A program made the translations under genes and the position numbers. Shown piece by piece: positions 29,394 to 39,094 of a stretch of 64,000 nt of DNA; the first letter of the stretch is position 1, and each line of letters opens with the position of its first letter. The notes under the pieces are model-generated. The model was not told where the DNA came from, ran no database searches, and saw nothing but the letters and a program-made list of their open reading frames with translations. The stretch comes from an uncultured Oscillospiraceae bacterium (GTDB lineage: Bacteria > Bacillota > Clostridia > Oscillospirales > SIG627), in NCBI GenBank assembly GCA_964650465.1, contig CAZYTA010000003.1:32268-96267 (forward strand), written 5' to 3'.

Positions 29394-30143
29394 ATGAATC
29401 GCAATATTTTATATAATAACTTCTATTTTAACAAATATCATTACAAGGGCTACAGATACACAGACAACACAAAGGGGTCGCCCTTGAATTATCTTGCATG
29501 TATGCTCAAGGGAAAATGCAAAATTGCAAGCATCGAAAACACCATTGAAGTAAATGAGGGAGAAGCCTTCTATATCCCCAAAGGTCTGCCGTACGAATCC
29601 TACTGGTACGGTAACGATGATATTTCTTTTCTTTCCTTTGGCTTTGACAGGCTGGACACGTCTGACAAAACTCAGCTGAAGCTGCAAGTCATAGAATGCT
29701 CCGAGGCTCTGCGTGACCGTATCATGCAGCTTTCGGTTAGCGACACCTCCTGTAAAACACTGGCTGAATTTTACAGCATTATGTCCGAGCTGCTTCCCGT
29801 AATGGAGCAAAAAGAAATAAAGAGGGATGAGTTGTTGCTGAAGAAAGCTATAGATTACATAGAATTCAACGCCGATTGCTCCGTGGGAGATATTGCAAGA
29901 GCTGTTCATATAAGTGAGCCTTATGTATATGTGCTGTTCAAAAAGCATCTTGGCACAACGCCAAATGACTACAGACAAAAATTCATATGTGAAAAAGGCC
30001 GACAGCTGTTGCTGTCGACCAATAAAACGGTTGAAGAAATAAGCGAAATGCTGAAAATCAGCTCTGCCTCCTATTTAAGAAAGCTCTTGAAAAAGCATAT
30101 CGGAATGACGCCCAGAGAAATCAGGAAGGACAGTATGATTTAA
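29394..30143 (+). CDS. AraC family transcriptional regulator
   Basis: 249 aa with a C-terminal HTH_AraC (…SASYLRKLLKKHIGMTPREIRK). Confidence 0.75.
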   Translation: MNRNILYNNFYFNKYHYKGYRYTDNTKGSPLNYLACMLKGKCKIASIENTIEVNEGEAFYIPKGLPYESYWYGNDDISFLSFGFDRLDTSDKTQLKLQVIECSEALRDRIMQLSVSDTSCKTLAEFYSIMSELLPVMEQKEIKRDELLLKKAIDYIEFNADCSVGDIARAVHISEPYVYVLFKKHLGTTPNDYRQKFICEKGRQLLLSTNKTVEEISEMLKISSASYLRKLLKKHIGMTPREIRKDSMI

Positions 30144-31129
30144 AAGTCCTTCATATGCTCTGCCATCAAATGTATATTGGCAATTATCTCATCAGCATTT
30201 TCGTTTAAAGTATGACACCACGGGGCAACCATAAAGCCCTTTAAAGCACCTTCGGGTGCTATTTTTTTATACACCTCTATCATATCGGGTGCATTGTAGG
30301 GAGTTTCGCCCCATTTTGAGAAGCAGGGCACAAGTCCGTAGCCCAGAGGCGCACTGTTTATCATGTCCTCACGCATTTTAACATATCCCGGGTCCTCCTC
30401 AATATAAGTCAGATTCATTTGATTATACGGGAAGGTGTTTGCATAAAAATCAATATCAGCCTGTCTGCAATCGGATATTTTTTTAAAATGCTCTCTTTTG
30501 AAGGCGAAATAATACCAAGGTGAAAGAATCACACTGTCGGTATCAAACCTCTTTTTAAACTCCTCCGGCTGTTCGCAACAAATGTCTGCCCATATCCAGG
30601 GCTTTGCACCAAGGTCGGTCACTGTGTCGCAAAGGAACTTCAAATCGTGCCAAAGGAGCTCTCCCCTTCTGAAATTAACAAGCCCCTCGTAGTTTCTGAG
30701 GATATTTACATTACCCTCTTCATCCATTCCCAAATGGATGTACTCGGGTTTTTCAAAAAGGTCATATATCTCCTGTATCAGGTCACGGCAAACATCATAA
30801 TAAACCTTTGTTGAGAGAAGCTTGCGGTATTCGCCAAGCCATAGACAGTGAGTAGCAGAAAAATTGAGCTTGGGTATCAAAGTAATTCCCATATTGCGCA
30901 ATCGCTCTATCTCCTTCTTCACACGGTAATAGCTCCATGCACCGTCAACGGCAAGCTCGGGGTGGCTCTTCCACTCTATTCCCTCTCCTATATCAAGGAC
31001 AATCATATTGATGCCTGATTTTTGAGCCTCTGCGGTTATGCGCTCCCACGCTTCGTCATGGAATTCAAGATAATCAACTTTTTTTCGCCACATCTCGACG
31101 CCAAGTGTGGCATATAAAGACCAAATCAT
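30140..31129 (-). CDS. Hypothetical protein, TIM-barrel glycosidase-like (GH20-catalytic-domain-like?)
   Basis: 329 aa and cytoplasmic. Contains GMDEEG and W-rich barrel-like segments. Assignment is by weak resemblance only. Confidence 0.3.
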   Translation of the reverse strand: MIWSLYATLGVEMWRKKVDYLEFHDEAWERITAEAQKSGINMIVLDIGEGIEWKSHPELAVDGAWSYYRVKKEIERLRNMGITLIPKLNFSATHCLWLGEYRKLLSTKVYYDVCRDLIQEIYDLFEKPEYIHLGMDEEGNVNILRNYEGLVNFRRGELLWHDLKFLCDTVTDLGAKPWIWADICCEQPEEFKKRFDTDSVILSPWYYFAFKREHFKKISDCRQADIDFYANTFPYNQMNLTYIEEDPGYVKMREDMINSAPLGYGLVPCFSKWGETPYNAPDMIEVYKKIAPEGALKGFMVAPWCHTLNENADEIIANIHLMAEHMKDF

Positions 31130-31207
31130 TATAACACCTCATTTCAACTGTGATAAAGGGGATGTTAAAAAAGCTCAAAAGTTTTTTTAAACAGCCCCTT
31201 TATGCTT

Positions 31208-34200
31208 TTAATAGAGTCTGACCTTTTCAATATCTACAGGCATATCCACTTTCGGCTCTGTCCAATCCGAGGGATTTTCAACAGTTGCACCGCTGACACC
31301 GATAACCACATGAGCACGTGTGGTAAGGTCTGTCATAGCCTCTGCCTTGTAGGAGAAGTTAAATTTGCCCTTGGGAACTTCAAGCTTACCTGTAAAGGTG
31401 ATCTCCTTAACATGAGCTTCATCGTCTACCCACTTGCCTTCTGCATCGTAGATTTGAGTGTAGTAGTTAAGGTATGCCTTGTTTTCATCGGGATAATACT
31501 CAATGAAATCACCGCCGTGAAGCTCTGCATCAAAGGCAATTGTCTTGCCGTCAACTGTCAGAGAAGGATTTTTCACAGGTGCATCAATAGGCTCAAATGC
31601 CACAAGGTCGTCAATCTTGACACCGCTGCAGCTTCCGCAAAGGGTAACTGTTACGGAATTGAGCGCACTGAAATTGGCGTGAGCACGGTATGTCTCATAG
31701 TTGATACCGCCAGTCGAAATACCGCTGAAGGTATATCCCTCGTAATCGTCATTGTTGGCTTCAAGGAGGATTATCTCCTTCCAACCGCTGAAATTAAGAG
31801 GAATGAAGTAATCGTTTCGTCCTGCCTCCGCTGTATTGACACCTCTGAGCGTAATAAGGATAGCATCGCTTACCGAATTGTTTCCGAACACCCTTATCTT
31901 AAGTGCTGTCTTGCCCGTAGCATCAATGTTGGAAAAGCTGTATTTGCCCTTTATTTCCGTAACGGGCTTATTCTCGTCAAAGGCGTAGATAACCGTTCCG
32001 TTTTCACCCTTGGTTGAATATCTCTGCTCCAATCTAATGAATGGAGTCTGTGCATCAAATGGGTTGTTGGCACTTCCTTTTGCGAAATTAGGCTCGGAAA
32101 TATCATATATCTTGTGCTTGAAATACGTCATTTCCTTGAACGCCCAGCTTCCGTCCTCCTGCATGAATACCTTATATTCGTACTTGCCGTTCTTTATGGT
32201 ATTTCTTACCTCAGGTGAGAAGTAGTTTGCCTCACGAAGTCTGGTATAGAGTCCGTAGTACATGAAGTTGTCGGAAAGTCTGGTCTTTTCGTTAAATGCC
32301 GAAATGGAGAAGGGCTGACAAACTGTTGAGAAGTTGTAGGCTATACCGATTGAGCCCATATGGTCAAGGTCATCACGGTACATGGTTCTTGTGGTGGTAT
32401 CCTTGAACTGTGAGTCCTTGTCGGGCAGGTAGTTGAACCAGCCGAGAGTTGCGGTATAGAAAATATTGGGATAGGTCTTGAGCATTGCATTGAGATGCCC
32501 TTCCTTATGGTTCTTATATGCTCTGTATGCATAGTCTGTAGCACCGCCTCTTGCTCTTGCGCTCCAAAGGTAAGTCGCGAAGGTAGAGAACTCGATAAGA
32601 GGCTTGACCTCACAGTTTGAAACGACCGTTCGTACAAACTCGGCATAGATATAATATCCCTGTCTTGAATCATAAAGTCCATTGTGTGCAAAGGACTCGA
32701 GACCGTCAAGATAAATCATCTCAAAGCCGCCCTCGTTGTAAGCCTTGGCAGTATCCTCGGCTATCTTGTAGAACAACTCTGAAAGAGGCTGGGGCTGGAA
32801 CATGCCGTACCATCCGAGAAGCTGACGGATAACTGCGCCGTCTGCGTGCTCAGAAGGCTTTGTACCAAGCTGTCCTCGTCTTACGTTAAGGAAGCCCGAG
32901 GAGGAACCGGACTGAACGTAGATAATCTCTTCGTCGATGAGGATATATCTGGTGTGAACATTGTTCCACGGTATTGATGAGCCTGTCACCACAAATTTTG
33001 ATGCATCCTCATTGGTCTTTATGTTTGTTCTGAACTTGGAAAGCTTACCTCTCACTGTGTAGGTTTCCTCATCGAAGCAAAGCTGCTGCTGCCATTTGGG
33101 ATTGGTAAGGATATTCTTTGCATTTGAGGGAACAAGTGACGAATAGGTATGGAGACCGAGCTGTATGCCCTCTGCTCTTACCTTGTCAGCAATTCTTTCC
33201 TTGAACACCTTGGCAGTGATGAAGGTCTCGTCCTTCTTCTCCTGCTCGTTTCTTGCCGTAATGAAGTTGAAGTCAGCGGTTATGAAGTTGGAGCCCTGGT
33301 GGAGGTCCATCTGTTCGATGCTGTATTTGTTGGCAAGCTGTGCAGTCTCTGTTGCATTATCGGGATAAAGACCGCTGTTGATGATAACGTAATCTCCGAA
33401 TATATCGGAATTGTCAAGAGCATACGCACCGCCGTGTGTAGAGGTTATACCCTTTGCAGGGTCGATTGCATCCGCAATGCTCTTGAGGTGGTTGCGGTGC
33501 TCAGTCATACGGGAGAATGCAACGCCGAGCTTTGCTCCGAGGGTGGGTACGCCGAGATAGGTATAAGTAGTACCCTTTGCCGCTTTGGATGAGCCGCCCG
33601 GGTAGTAGTGGTTGTTGACCGTTGTGGTCATAGGCACGCCCGAGAGCCCGTATGCCTCGGGATTGTCAAGCTCCCAGGGGGCATTTACAGTAAGATTACA
33701 GATTACTGCACCGCTCAAAGAAGAAGGAAGGTTGGTATCAAGAGTAACCGTGAAATGGTCCTTTTTAACATCAATGATATAATAAGCAACGGTTCCGTCT
33801 TTATATGTAGTTTTGAGTCTGCCGTTTTCCACATCTACCTCGGCAGGCTGAACAGTAGCACCTGAGGCATTGATAATATAAGAGAACCAGGGAGAGGCAG
33901 AAGCAAGATTCATATCTTCACCTGTCATCTTATTGATAACAGAGGTAACCTTACCGCCCTTTCTTGCAATGGATACCTTTATATAATCGTTTTCAAAGTA
34001 TACCTCGGTACCCGACTTTTTAAGCTGAGTCAGGTCGGCATCATAATAGTAATCACCGTGTACATTGCTGTTGGATGCCATAAGAATCTGATATTCTGCC
34101 CAGTGACCGCCAATGTCCGAGAACACTGTATCAAGATGTGTTCTGCTGACTGTATCAGCGTTGGCAAGCACAGAAATAAGACGGTTTATAACCGTTACAA

Positions 34201-35821
34201 CTTCTGCACGTGTAATGGTGGCATTGGGCTTGAAGGAGCCGTCGCCATAGCCGTTTACAAGACCTGTTGCCGCCGCGGCAACAATGGCGTCATAATACTT
34301 GTTAGATTCATCAACGTCGGTAAAGGTGATATCTGATTTTGCTGTAAGATTAGATGCAAAGTATGCCAACTCAACAAACTCGGCTCTTGTTATCTTTGCA
34401 TTGGGATTGTATTTATTCGATGTATTGGTAAAGAAATATCCTGTTTCATCAAGATAAGCAATTGCATTGTAGAACCAATCCCCGTGCTTAACATCCGTGA
34501 ATCGGGTTGTATAGCCGTCTGGTATTGTCTGTGAGCCTGTGAGAAGCCTTGCAAATATTGTACAGGCTTCTGCCTTTGTCATGTTATCATTGGGCTTGAA
34601 CAGGTTTCCTGCATAGCCGTTTATGTATGCCTTATTGTTTCCGTTGGTCTGTGTTGCGACCTTGGGAAGAACTGTTACGGGGTCAGGGGCGGGGAGGTCG
34701 GCAAGATTAAGCTTTATAACCTTGTGAGTATCCTCAATGTAACCGCCTGTCTTATTGTGGTAAGGAACACCGAATCTTACATCTACGGTTTTATCCTCTT
34801 CGGAGAATTTTATCAGCAGAGGATAGGCGTTGCCCGAGGCGGCAAGATTGCCCTCAAGATTTGCCATGACTGCCGCTACATCGTAGCCGTTTTTGTTTTT
34901 AAAGGTATTTGTAACAATTTCTGCTCCGGAGTTACCTGTCGCCGAAACAATACATACGATATTGTCCCACTTAGAAAAAGCATATTCCCAGAGATTTGTA
35001 CCGTCACGGGGCTTATCGTTGTGGAGAATTCTGGTTCTTACGGTAGTGGAATACTTGGTGTATACCGCAAGCCACTCGGACTGTGAAAGATTCCAGTCAT
35101 GCTGGGTATACATCTCTCCTTTAGGGTCAAGGAAGGATGTAGTGAACACCACCGCACGCTTGTCAAGGTTGTTTTCCTGTACTGTATTGAACCAATTCAA
35201 AACAGACTGTCTCGGGAAAGCCTCAAGCTGATACACAAGGTATGAGCTTTTTCCGTCCTTGATGTAGACAACCATATTATTGCTGTCATACATTTCGTAT
35301 TCATAGCCCGAAGTTCCTATATAATCACCGGAATCAAAAACAGTCTGAAGATGGTTGTTTCTTTCAAAACCGCCGCCGCAATAGTCATTCTGTCCGATGG
35401 AAACACCGTAGGCTATTTCCATGTCGGTAAGAAGAGAGGCGGTATTTTTCAGAGCCTCAAAATCCCGCATCCATTCCTCGTCGGCAACGTTTGCTTCAAC
35501 AAGCTCTTTTTCGGTATGTCCCTGCTGTGCAACATACTGTGCGTGTACAAAGTTGGGTCCCGAGGACATGTTGCCGATAAAGCTGACATACCTGAGCCCA
35601 TAGCGGGACACAAGGTCACCAAGCCAATAGCACGCATCTTCGACGGGAGTAAGATTCAAGCCGTCTGCAAAGAATGGCTTTGTACCGTTGAAGCTTGCAA
35701 CTACAAAGTCACTCTCCTTGGCATAATCATCTTCAAGGACTGCCGTTTTTGCAAGTGAGCTCACCGTAAGAGCCGCTGCAACAGCCAAAAGACAAAGAAA
35801 CAGTGATAAAAGTCTTTTCAT
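31208..35821 (-). CDS. Giant cell-surface protein with three internal SLH domains (putative glycan-active enzyme)
   Basis: 1537 aa with a signal peptide (MKRLLSLFLCLLAVAAALTVSSLA). Three SLH repeats lie at about aa 385-560 (…YINGYAGNLFKPNDNMTKAEACTIFARLL…, …FTDVKHGDWFYNAIAYLDETGYF…, …FTDVDESNKYYDAIVAAAATGLVNGYGDGSFKPNATITRAEVVTVINRL…). About 1300 aa of the flanking sequence are unassigned. Confidence 0.65.
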   Translation of the reverse strand: MKRLLSLFLCLLAVAAALTVSSLAKTAVLEDDYAKESDFVVASFNGTKPFFADGLNLTPVEDACYWLGDLVSRYGLRYVSFIGNMSSGPNFVHAQYVAQQGHTEKELVEANVADEEWMRDFEALKNTASLLTDMEIAYGVSIGQNDYCGGGFERNNHLQTVFDSGDYIGTSGYEYEMYDSNNMVVYIKDGKSSYLVYQLEAFPRQSVLNWFNTVQENNLDKRAVVFTTSFLDPKGEMYTQHDWNLSQSEWLAVYTKYSTTVRTRILHNDKPRDGTNLWEYAFSKWDNIVCIVSATGNSGAEIVTNTFKNKNGYDVAAVMANLEGNLAASGNAYPLLIKFSEEDKTVDVRFGVPYHNKTGGYIEDTHKVIKLNLADLPAPDPVTVLPKVATQTNGNNKAYINGYAGNLFKPNDNMTKAEACTIFARLLTGSQTIPDGYTTRFTDVKHGDWFYNAIAYLDETGYFFTNTSNKYNPNAKITRAEFVELAYFASNLTAKSDITFTDVDESNKYYDAIVAAAATGLVNGYGDGSFKPNATITRAEVVTVINRLISVLANADTVSRTHLDTVFSDIGGHWAEYQILMASNSNVHGDYYYDADLTQLKKSGTEVYFENDYIKVSIARKGGKVTSVINKMTGEDMNLASASPWFSYIINASGATVQPAEVDVENGRLKTTYKDGTVAYYIIDVKKDHFTVTLDTNLPSSLSGAVICNLTVNAPWELDNPEAYGLSGVPMTTTVNNHYYPGGSSKAAKGTTYTYLGVPTLGAKLGVAFSRMTEHRNHLKSIADAIDPAKGITSTHGGAYALDNSDIFGDYVIINSGLYPDNATETAQLANKYSIEQMDLHQGSNFITADFNFITARNEQEKKDETFITAKVFKERIADKVRAEGIQLGLHTYSSLVPSNAKNILTNPKWQQQLCFDEETYTVRGKLSKFRTNIKTNEDASKFVVTGSSIPWNNVHTRYILIDEEIIYVQSGSSSGFLNVRRGQLGTKPSEHADGAVIRQLLGWYGMFQPQPLSELFYKIAEDTAKAYNEGGFEMIYLDGLESFAHNGLYDSRQGYYIYAEFVRTVVSNCEVKPLIEFSTFATYLWSARARGGATDYAYRAYKNHKEGHLNAMLKTYPNIFYTATLGWFNYLPDKDSQFKDTTTRTMYRDDLDHMGSIGIAYNFSTVCQPFSISAFNEKTRLSDNFMYYGLYTRLREANYFSPEVRNTIKNGKYEYKVFMQEDGSWAFKEMTYFKHKIYDISEPNFAKGSANNPFDAQTPFIRLEQRYSTKGENGTVIYAFDENKPVTEIKGKYSFSNIDATGKTALKIRVFGNNSVSDAILITLRGVNTAEAGRNDYFIPLNFSGWKEIILLEANNDDYEGYTFSGISTGGINYETYRAHANFSALNSVTVTLCGSCSGVKIDDLVAFEPIDAPVKNPSLTVDGKTIAFDAELHGGDFIEYYPDENKAYLNYYTQIYDAEGKWVDDEAHVKEITFTGKLEVPKGKFNFSYKAEAMTDLTTRAHVVIGVSGATVENPSDWTEPKVDMPVDIEKVRLY

Positions 35822-35916
35822 GTTTTTTCTCCTGTTGATATAATATTACAATTTGATTATATAACAAATATTTACTTTTCACAAGACAAATATTGACATT
35901 TCCTTGAACTTTATTG

Positions 35917-37719
35917 TTATTTTACCTGTGTCCATATTATCAGGTCGGTGGCTTCTCTGTTTGCAAATGCGAAATATGGTATCAATCTTGCCCTGAAGGA
36001 TATGCGCTCGTTCGACTTCAGTGAATAGAGCTTTTCCGAAGGCTTTCTGCGCTCTGCACGCATATATATTACGGGCGCGGGGATCCCCTCCTCTGTAACA
36101 ATCTCGGTATTTTCGTTTTCAATTAGGGTGATATCGCGGAGATTTTCGCCGTTATCGATACCCTCCATGCAATAAACAATAGGACCGCGGGTAACAGCAT
36201 ATCTGCCCGAGTCATCCTGTACATTGGGGTTTGCCTCAATAAAGTGAATATTCATGGGCAGGTCAAGTGAGACCTTACCGCCATCGGTAAGATTGAATTT
36301 TGCAAAACCGTTTTCGGTCACACCGTCATACTCCGAACACCAATCGGGTATTCTTACATTAAGGGTTATCGGCTCGCCGTGATACTCAAATTCTATATGA
36401 CCGTCAAAGGGGTAGGCAGTTTTCTGAATGAGGGTGGCGTCCCTGCCTCCGACGGTAAGCTTTGTTTCGGAGTCGGCAAACTGATTGCACCAGACGGTAT
36501 CTCCTTCTACTGTGTACATATATCTCGGAATAGAGGACAGCATTCTTACAACATTCGGAGGACAGCAGGAGCAGCCGAACACCTTAACCCTTTCTGCAAC
36601 AGGCTGATATGCACCCTCGTGTCCGTATTTCTTCAGGTCAAGCTCAAGGGGATTGGTATAGAAAAATTCATCTCCCGAAAGGGACATTCCCGATATAAAG
36701 CCGTTGTAGTATATTCTCTCAATCACATCGCCGTAAACCGAGCTTTCCTCTGATTGCTGAAGCTCAGCGGCAAGCATTGCAAGGGCTATTGCGGCACAGG
36801 TCTCATTGTAGGACTCGCGGTTTGGGATATTGTAGCAGTAGGAAAAGGCTTCATGAAACCTCTGAGCGCCCACGCCGCCCGTTATGCTCATTTTTGTGTT
36901 GATGATATCAGCGAACAGTCTGTCGCAGGCTGATTTGAGTGTGTTGTCACCGTCGATGCGGGCAAGCATTGCCATAGCTGTATAAAGGTATCCCGCGCGG
37001 ACTGCGTGACCCTTGGCATGAGTCATCTTGCGTACAGGCATTTCGGACTGAAAGTATTCGGGACCAGCATAATCAAGCTTATCATTTTCACAGACGCCTC
37101 TTTTATCTATAAAAAATCGGGCAAGCTCAAGATGCTTTTCGTCTGCTGTATATTCGTAAAGCTTCAGCAATGCTATTTCTATTTCCTCGTGTCCAGGAGT
37201 GGTAAAGGAAGCACTTCCCTCCTCAACAAAAAGGCGGTAGATAAGCTCAACATTTTTCAGCATACAGTTGAGAAGCTTATCCTTGCCCGTTGCCTTATGA
37301 TATGCGATAGCCGCTTCAATAAGATGACCTGTACAGTAAAGCTCATGCATATTTCTGTCTGTAAATATTTTTGAGGGCTCGAGGGTCAGATAGTAGGAGT
37401 TGAAATAGCCGTCTGCCCGTTGATTTTTTTCGATTTCGTCAACGGTTTTATCCACCAGGGCTTCAAGCTCTGGTTCGCGGTGTACCTCTGTGAGATAAGC
37501 CACGCCCTCTATCCATTTTGCTACATCGGAGTCCCAGAAATGATGGGGCTTCTTCACCTCGCCGTCTCTTTCCCTCCACTGACATTTGAAGGCATCAAAC
37601 CGTCCCGTTTCAAAAAATCTGTCATACACGGCACGAACGGTAACATTTCTTACAAGGTCGGTATAATATTTCCAAAATCCGTCTTTTATGGTTGTGTTTG
37701 CAAAATAAAGGTTTTTCAT
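35917..37719 (-). CDS. Glycoside hydrolase family 127 (beta-L-arabinofuranosidase, DUF1680)
   Basis: 601 aa with GH127-type motifs (HHFWDSDVAKWIEG, cysteine-rich C-terminal zinc site). Start set at MKNLYF, preceded by GGAGGAAACA. The 90-codon upstream extension in the ORF track runs through a repeat element. Confidence 0.75.
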   Translation of the reverse strand: MKNLYFANTTIKDGFWKYYTDLVRNVTVRAVYDRFFETGRFDAFKCQWRERDGEVKKPHHFWDSDVAKWIEGVAYLTEVHREPELEALVDKTVDEIEKNQRADGYFNSYYLTLEPSKIFTDRNMHELYCTGHLIEAAIAYHKATGKDKLLNCMLKNVELIYRLFVEEGSASFTTPGHEEIEIALLKLYEYTADEKHLELARFFIDKRGVCENDKLDYAGPEYFQSEMPVRKMTHAKGHAVRAGYLYTAMAMLARIDGDNTLKSACDRLFADIINTKMSITGGVGAQRFHEAFSYCYNIPNRESYNETCAAIALAMLAAELQQSEESSVYGDVIERIYYNGFISGMSLSGDEFFYTNPLELDLKKYGHEGAYQPVAERVKVFGCSCCPPNVVRMLSSIPRYMYTVEGDTVWCNQFADSETKLTVGGRDATLIQKTAYPFDGHIEFEYHGEPITLNVRIPDWCSEYDGVTENGFAKFNLTDGGKVSLDLPMNIHFIEANPNVQDDSGRYAVTRGPIVYCMEGIDNGENLRDITLIENENTEIVTEEGIPAPVIYMRAERRKPSEKLYSLKSNERISFRARLIPYFAFANREATDLIIWTQVK

Positions 37720-37734
37720 TGTTTCCTCCGTTAT

Positions 37735-38010
37735 AGCCGAAGAGAGTCGAACCCTTGTCGGTTTCAGAGGGGAATTTTCGCCCCTGCCATCGTTACATTC
37801 CCTTGTAATACGGCAGTATGACTGCGGGAAATGTGCCTTGCCAGGAACAAAAATTTCCGTCTGAAACTTCCCGAGAACCGAGAAAAGATGATTTTCGAGG
37901 ATAAATTTTCTTGAGGAATGCAGGAATACTATATGTATTCTAAGGGACGAAAGGAAATTTAGACAGAAAAGGGCTTTTCTCGGCGGCAATGGTTCGATTC
38001 CCTTCGGCTA
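37735..38010 (-). repeat. TIR-bounded structured element, copy 2 (276 bp)
   Basis: TIRs TAGCCGAAGAGAGTCGAAC … GGTTCGATTCCCTTCGGCTA. Both ends match copy 1 at about 85%. It carries an internal insertion of about 120 nt. It ends 5 nt from the GH127 RBS (minus strand) and abuts the -35 box of the divergent AraC promoter. Confidence 0.6.
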
Positions 38011-38039
38011 TTGACATTAATTTCGCGTTATGCTATTAT
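38011..38039 (+). promoter_or_regulatory. Promoter TTGACA-17-TATTAT for the AraC gene
   Basis: The hexamers begin immediately after the right TIR of the repeat element. Confidence 0.45.
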
Positions 38040-38105
38040 CAGTATAGCAAAACGGCGATTTGTAAGCAACCTAAAAAATCGTATAATAGGAGTTAAAATC
38101 CGACT

Positions 38106-38867
38106 ATGCTTGAAAGCGTAAGATATGTAAGCGGCGGTAAGTTCATATCCAGAGGGCAATGGATACACCCCGACAGAATAATTGATTCGTATGAGGTAAT
38201 TTTTGTAATTAAGGGTGAGGTTTTTATAAACGAAAACGGCAGAGAGTATCGCCTTTCGGAAAACGACCTGCTTATTTTAGACCCTGAATTGCGGCATTTC
38301 GGATATAGAGAGAGCAGTGATACATCTTTTTATTGGATGCATTGGACCTGCGATACAAAGCTTTTTCCCGACACAAAGGAGCTTAACCTATCAAAGCCGT
38401 ACAACCTTTCCATACTGTTCAGTCAGCTTTTGAATTACACCTTTGAAAAAGCGCCGTCGGAAATTCTTGATTATACGGCAAGGCTGATTTTGGGTGAGAT
38501 ATATTTCAAGTCGGGAAATGACGGGGATATCCGTATAGCCAACACAGCGGCAGATTGGATAAGGGCGAACAGTGACCTGCAGATAAAGACCTCCGATGTA
38601 TCCCGACATTTTGGCTACAACAGCGACTATATAAGCCGACTCTTTAAAAGGGCGTATAAAAAATCCTTGAAGGAATACATTGACGAGGCAAAAACCGAGT
38701 ATATAAAGAACATGCTTCTGAACACCTCGATGACCCTCAATGAAATTTCGTCCTCCTGCGGCTTCAAGGAATACAAGTATTTTCTTAAATTCTTCAAGTA
38801 TCACACGAAAATGACACCGACGGAATTTCTCGGTATATATTCGGGAACGCATATCAATATCAAATGA
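38106..38867 (+). CDS. AraC family transcriptional regulator (cupin + HTH)
   Basis: HTH_AraC C-terminus (…SSSCGFKEYKYFLKFFKYHTKMTPTEF). Confidence 0.8.
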   Translation: MLESVRYVSGGKFISRGQWIHPDRIIDSYEVIFVIKGEVFINENGREYRLSENDLLILDPELRHFGYRESSDTSFYWMHWTCDTKLFPDTKELNLSKPYNLSILFSQLLNYTFEKAPSEILDYTARLILGEIYFKSGNDGDIRIANTAADWIRANSDLQIKTSDVSRHFGYNSDYISRLFKRAYKKSLKEYIDEAKTEYIKNMLLNTSMTLNEISSSCGFKEYKYFLKFFKYHTKMTPTEFLGIYSGTHINIK

Positions 38868-38908
38868 AAATGAGACTGTAACATAATTCAAAAAAATGCA
38901 CAAGACGC

Positions 38909-39000
38909 GGACCGTCGAGGACGCCGGTCCCTACAATTTTTCACCGCTTTTGCACAAAAACAGGTGTGTAGCAAGTAATTTTGCTACACACCTATTATAT
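38909..39000 (+). repeat. Hairpin repeat B, copy 2
   Basis: GCGGACCGTCGAGGACGCCGGTCCCTACAATTT followed by GGTGTGTAGCAA-gtaatt-TTGCTACACACC. Confidence 0.6.
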
Positions 39001-39094
39001 TCGATTTGAATTTGTATGGAATCAAGCCGTCTATCTATTGCCTGTGCGAGTACAATCAATGGATAGACGAGCTTTGTCGGCGGTCACTGACCGT

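Noticed and set aside
31202-32017. 271-aa plus-strand ORF
   Set aside because: Entirely antisense to the 1537-aa SLH gene. Cys-rich low-complexity translation with no RBS.
37720-37989. 90-codon N-terminal extension of the GH127 ORF (MPPRKALF…)
   Set aside because: It is read through the repeat element. A strong RBS and ATG (MKNLYF) lies at 37719, and the extension is low-complexity.
37938-38010. tRNA-like T-loop motifs (GGTTCGATTCC / GGGTTCGACTC) at the ends of the TIR element
   Set aside because: No acceptor, D or anticodon arms can be folded. The motifs are mirror images of each other, consistent with being halves of an inverted repeat rather than tRNA or tmRNA ends.
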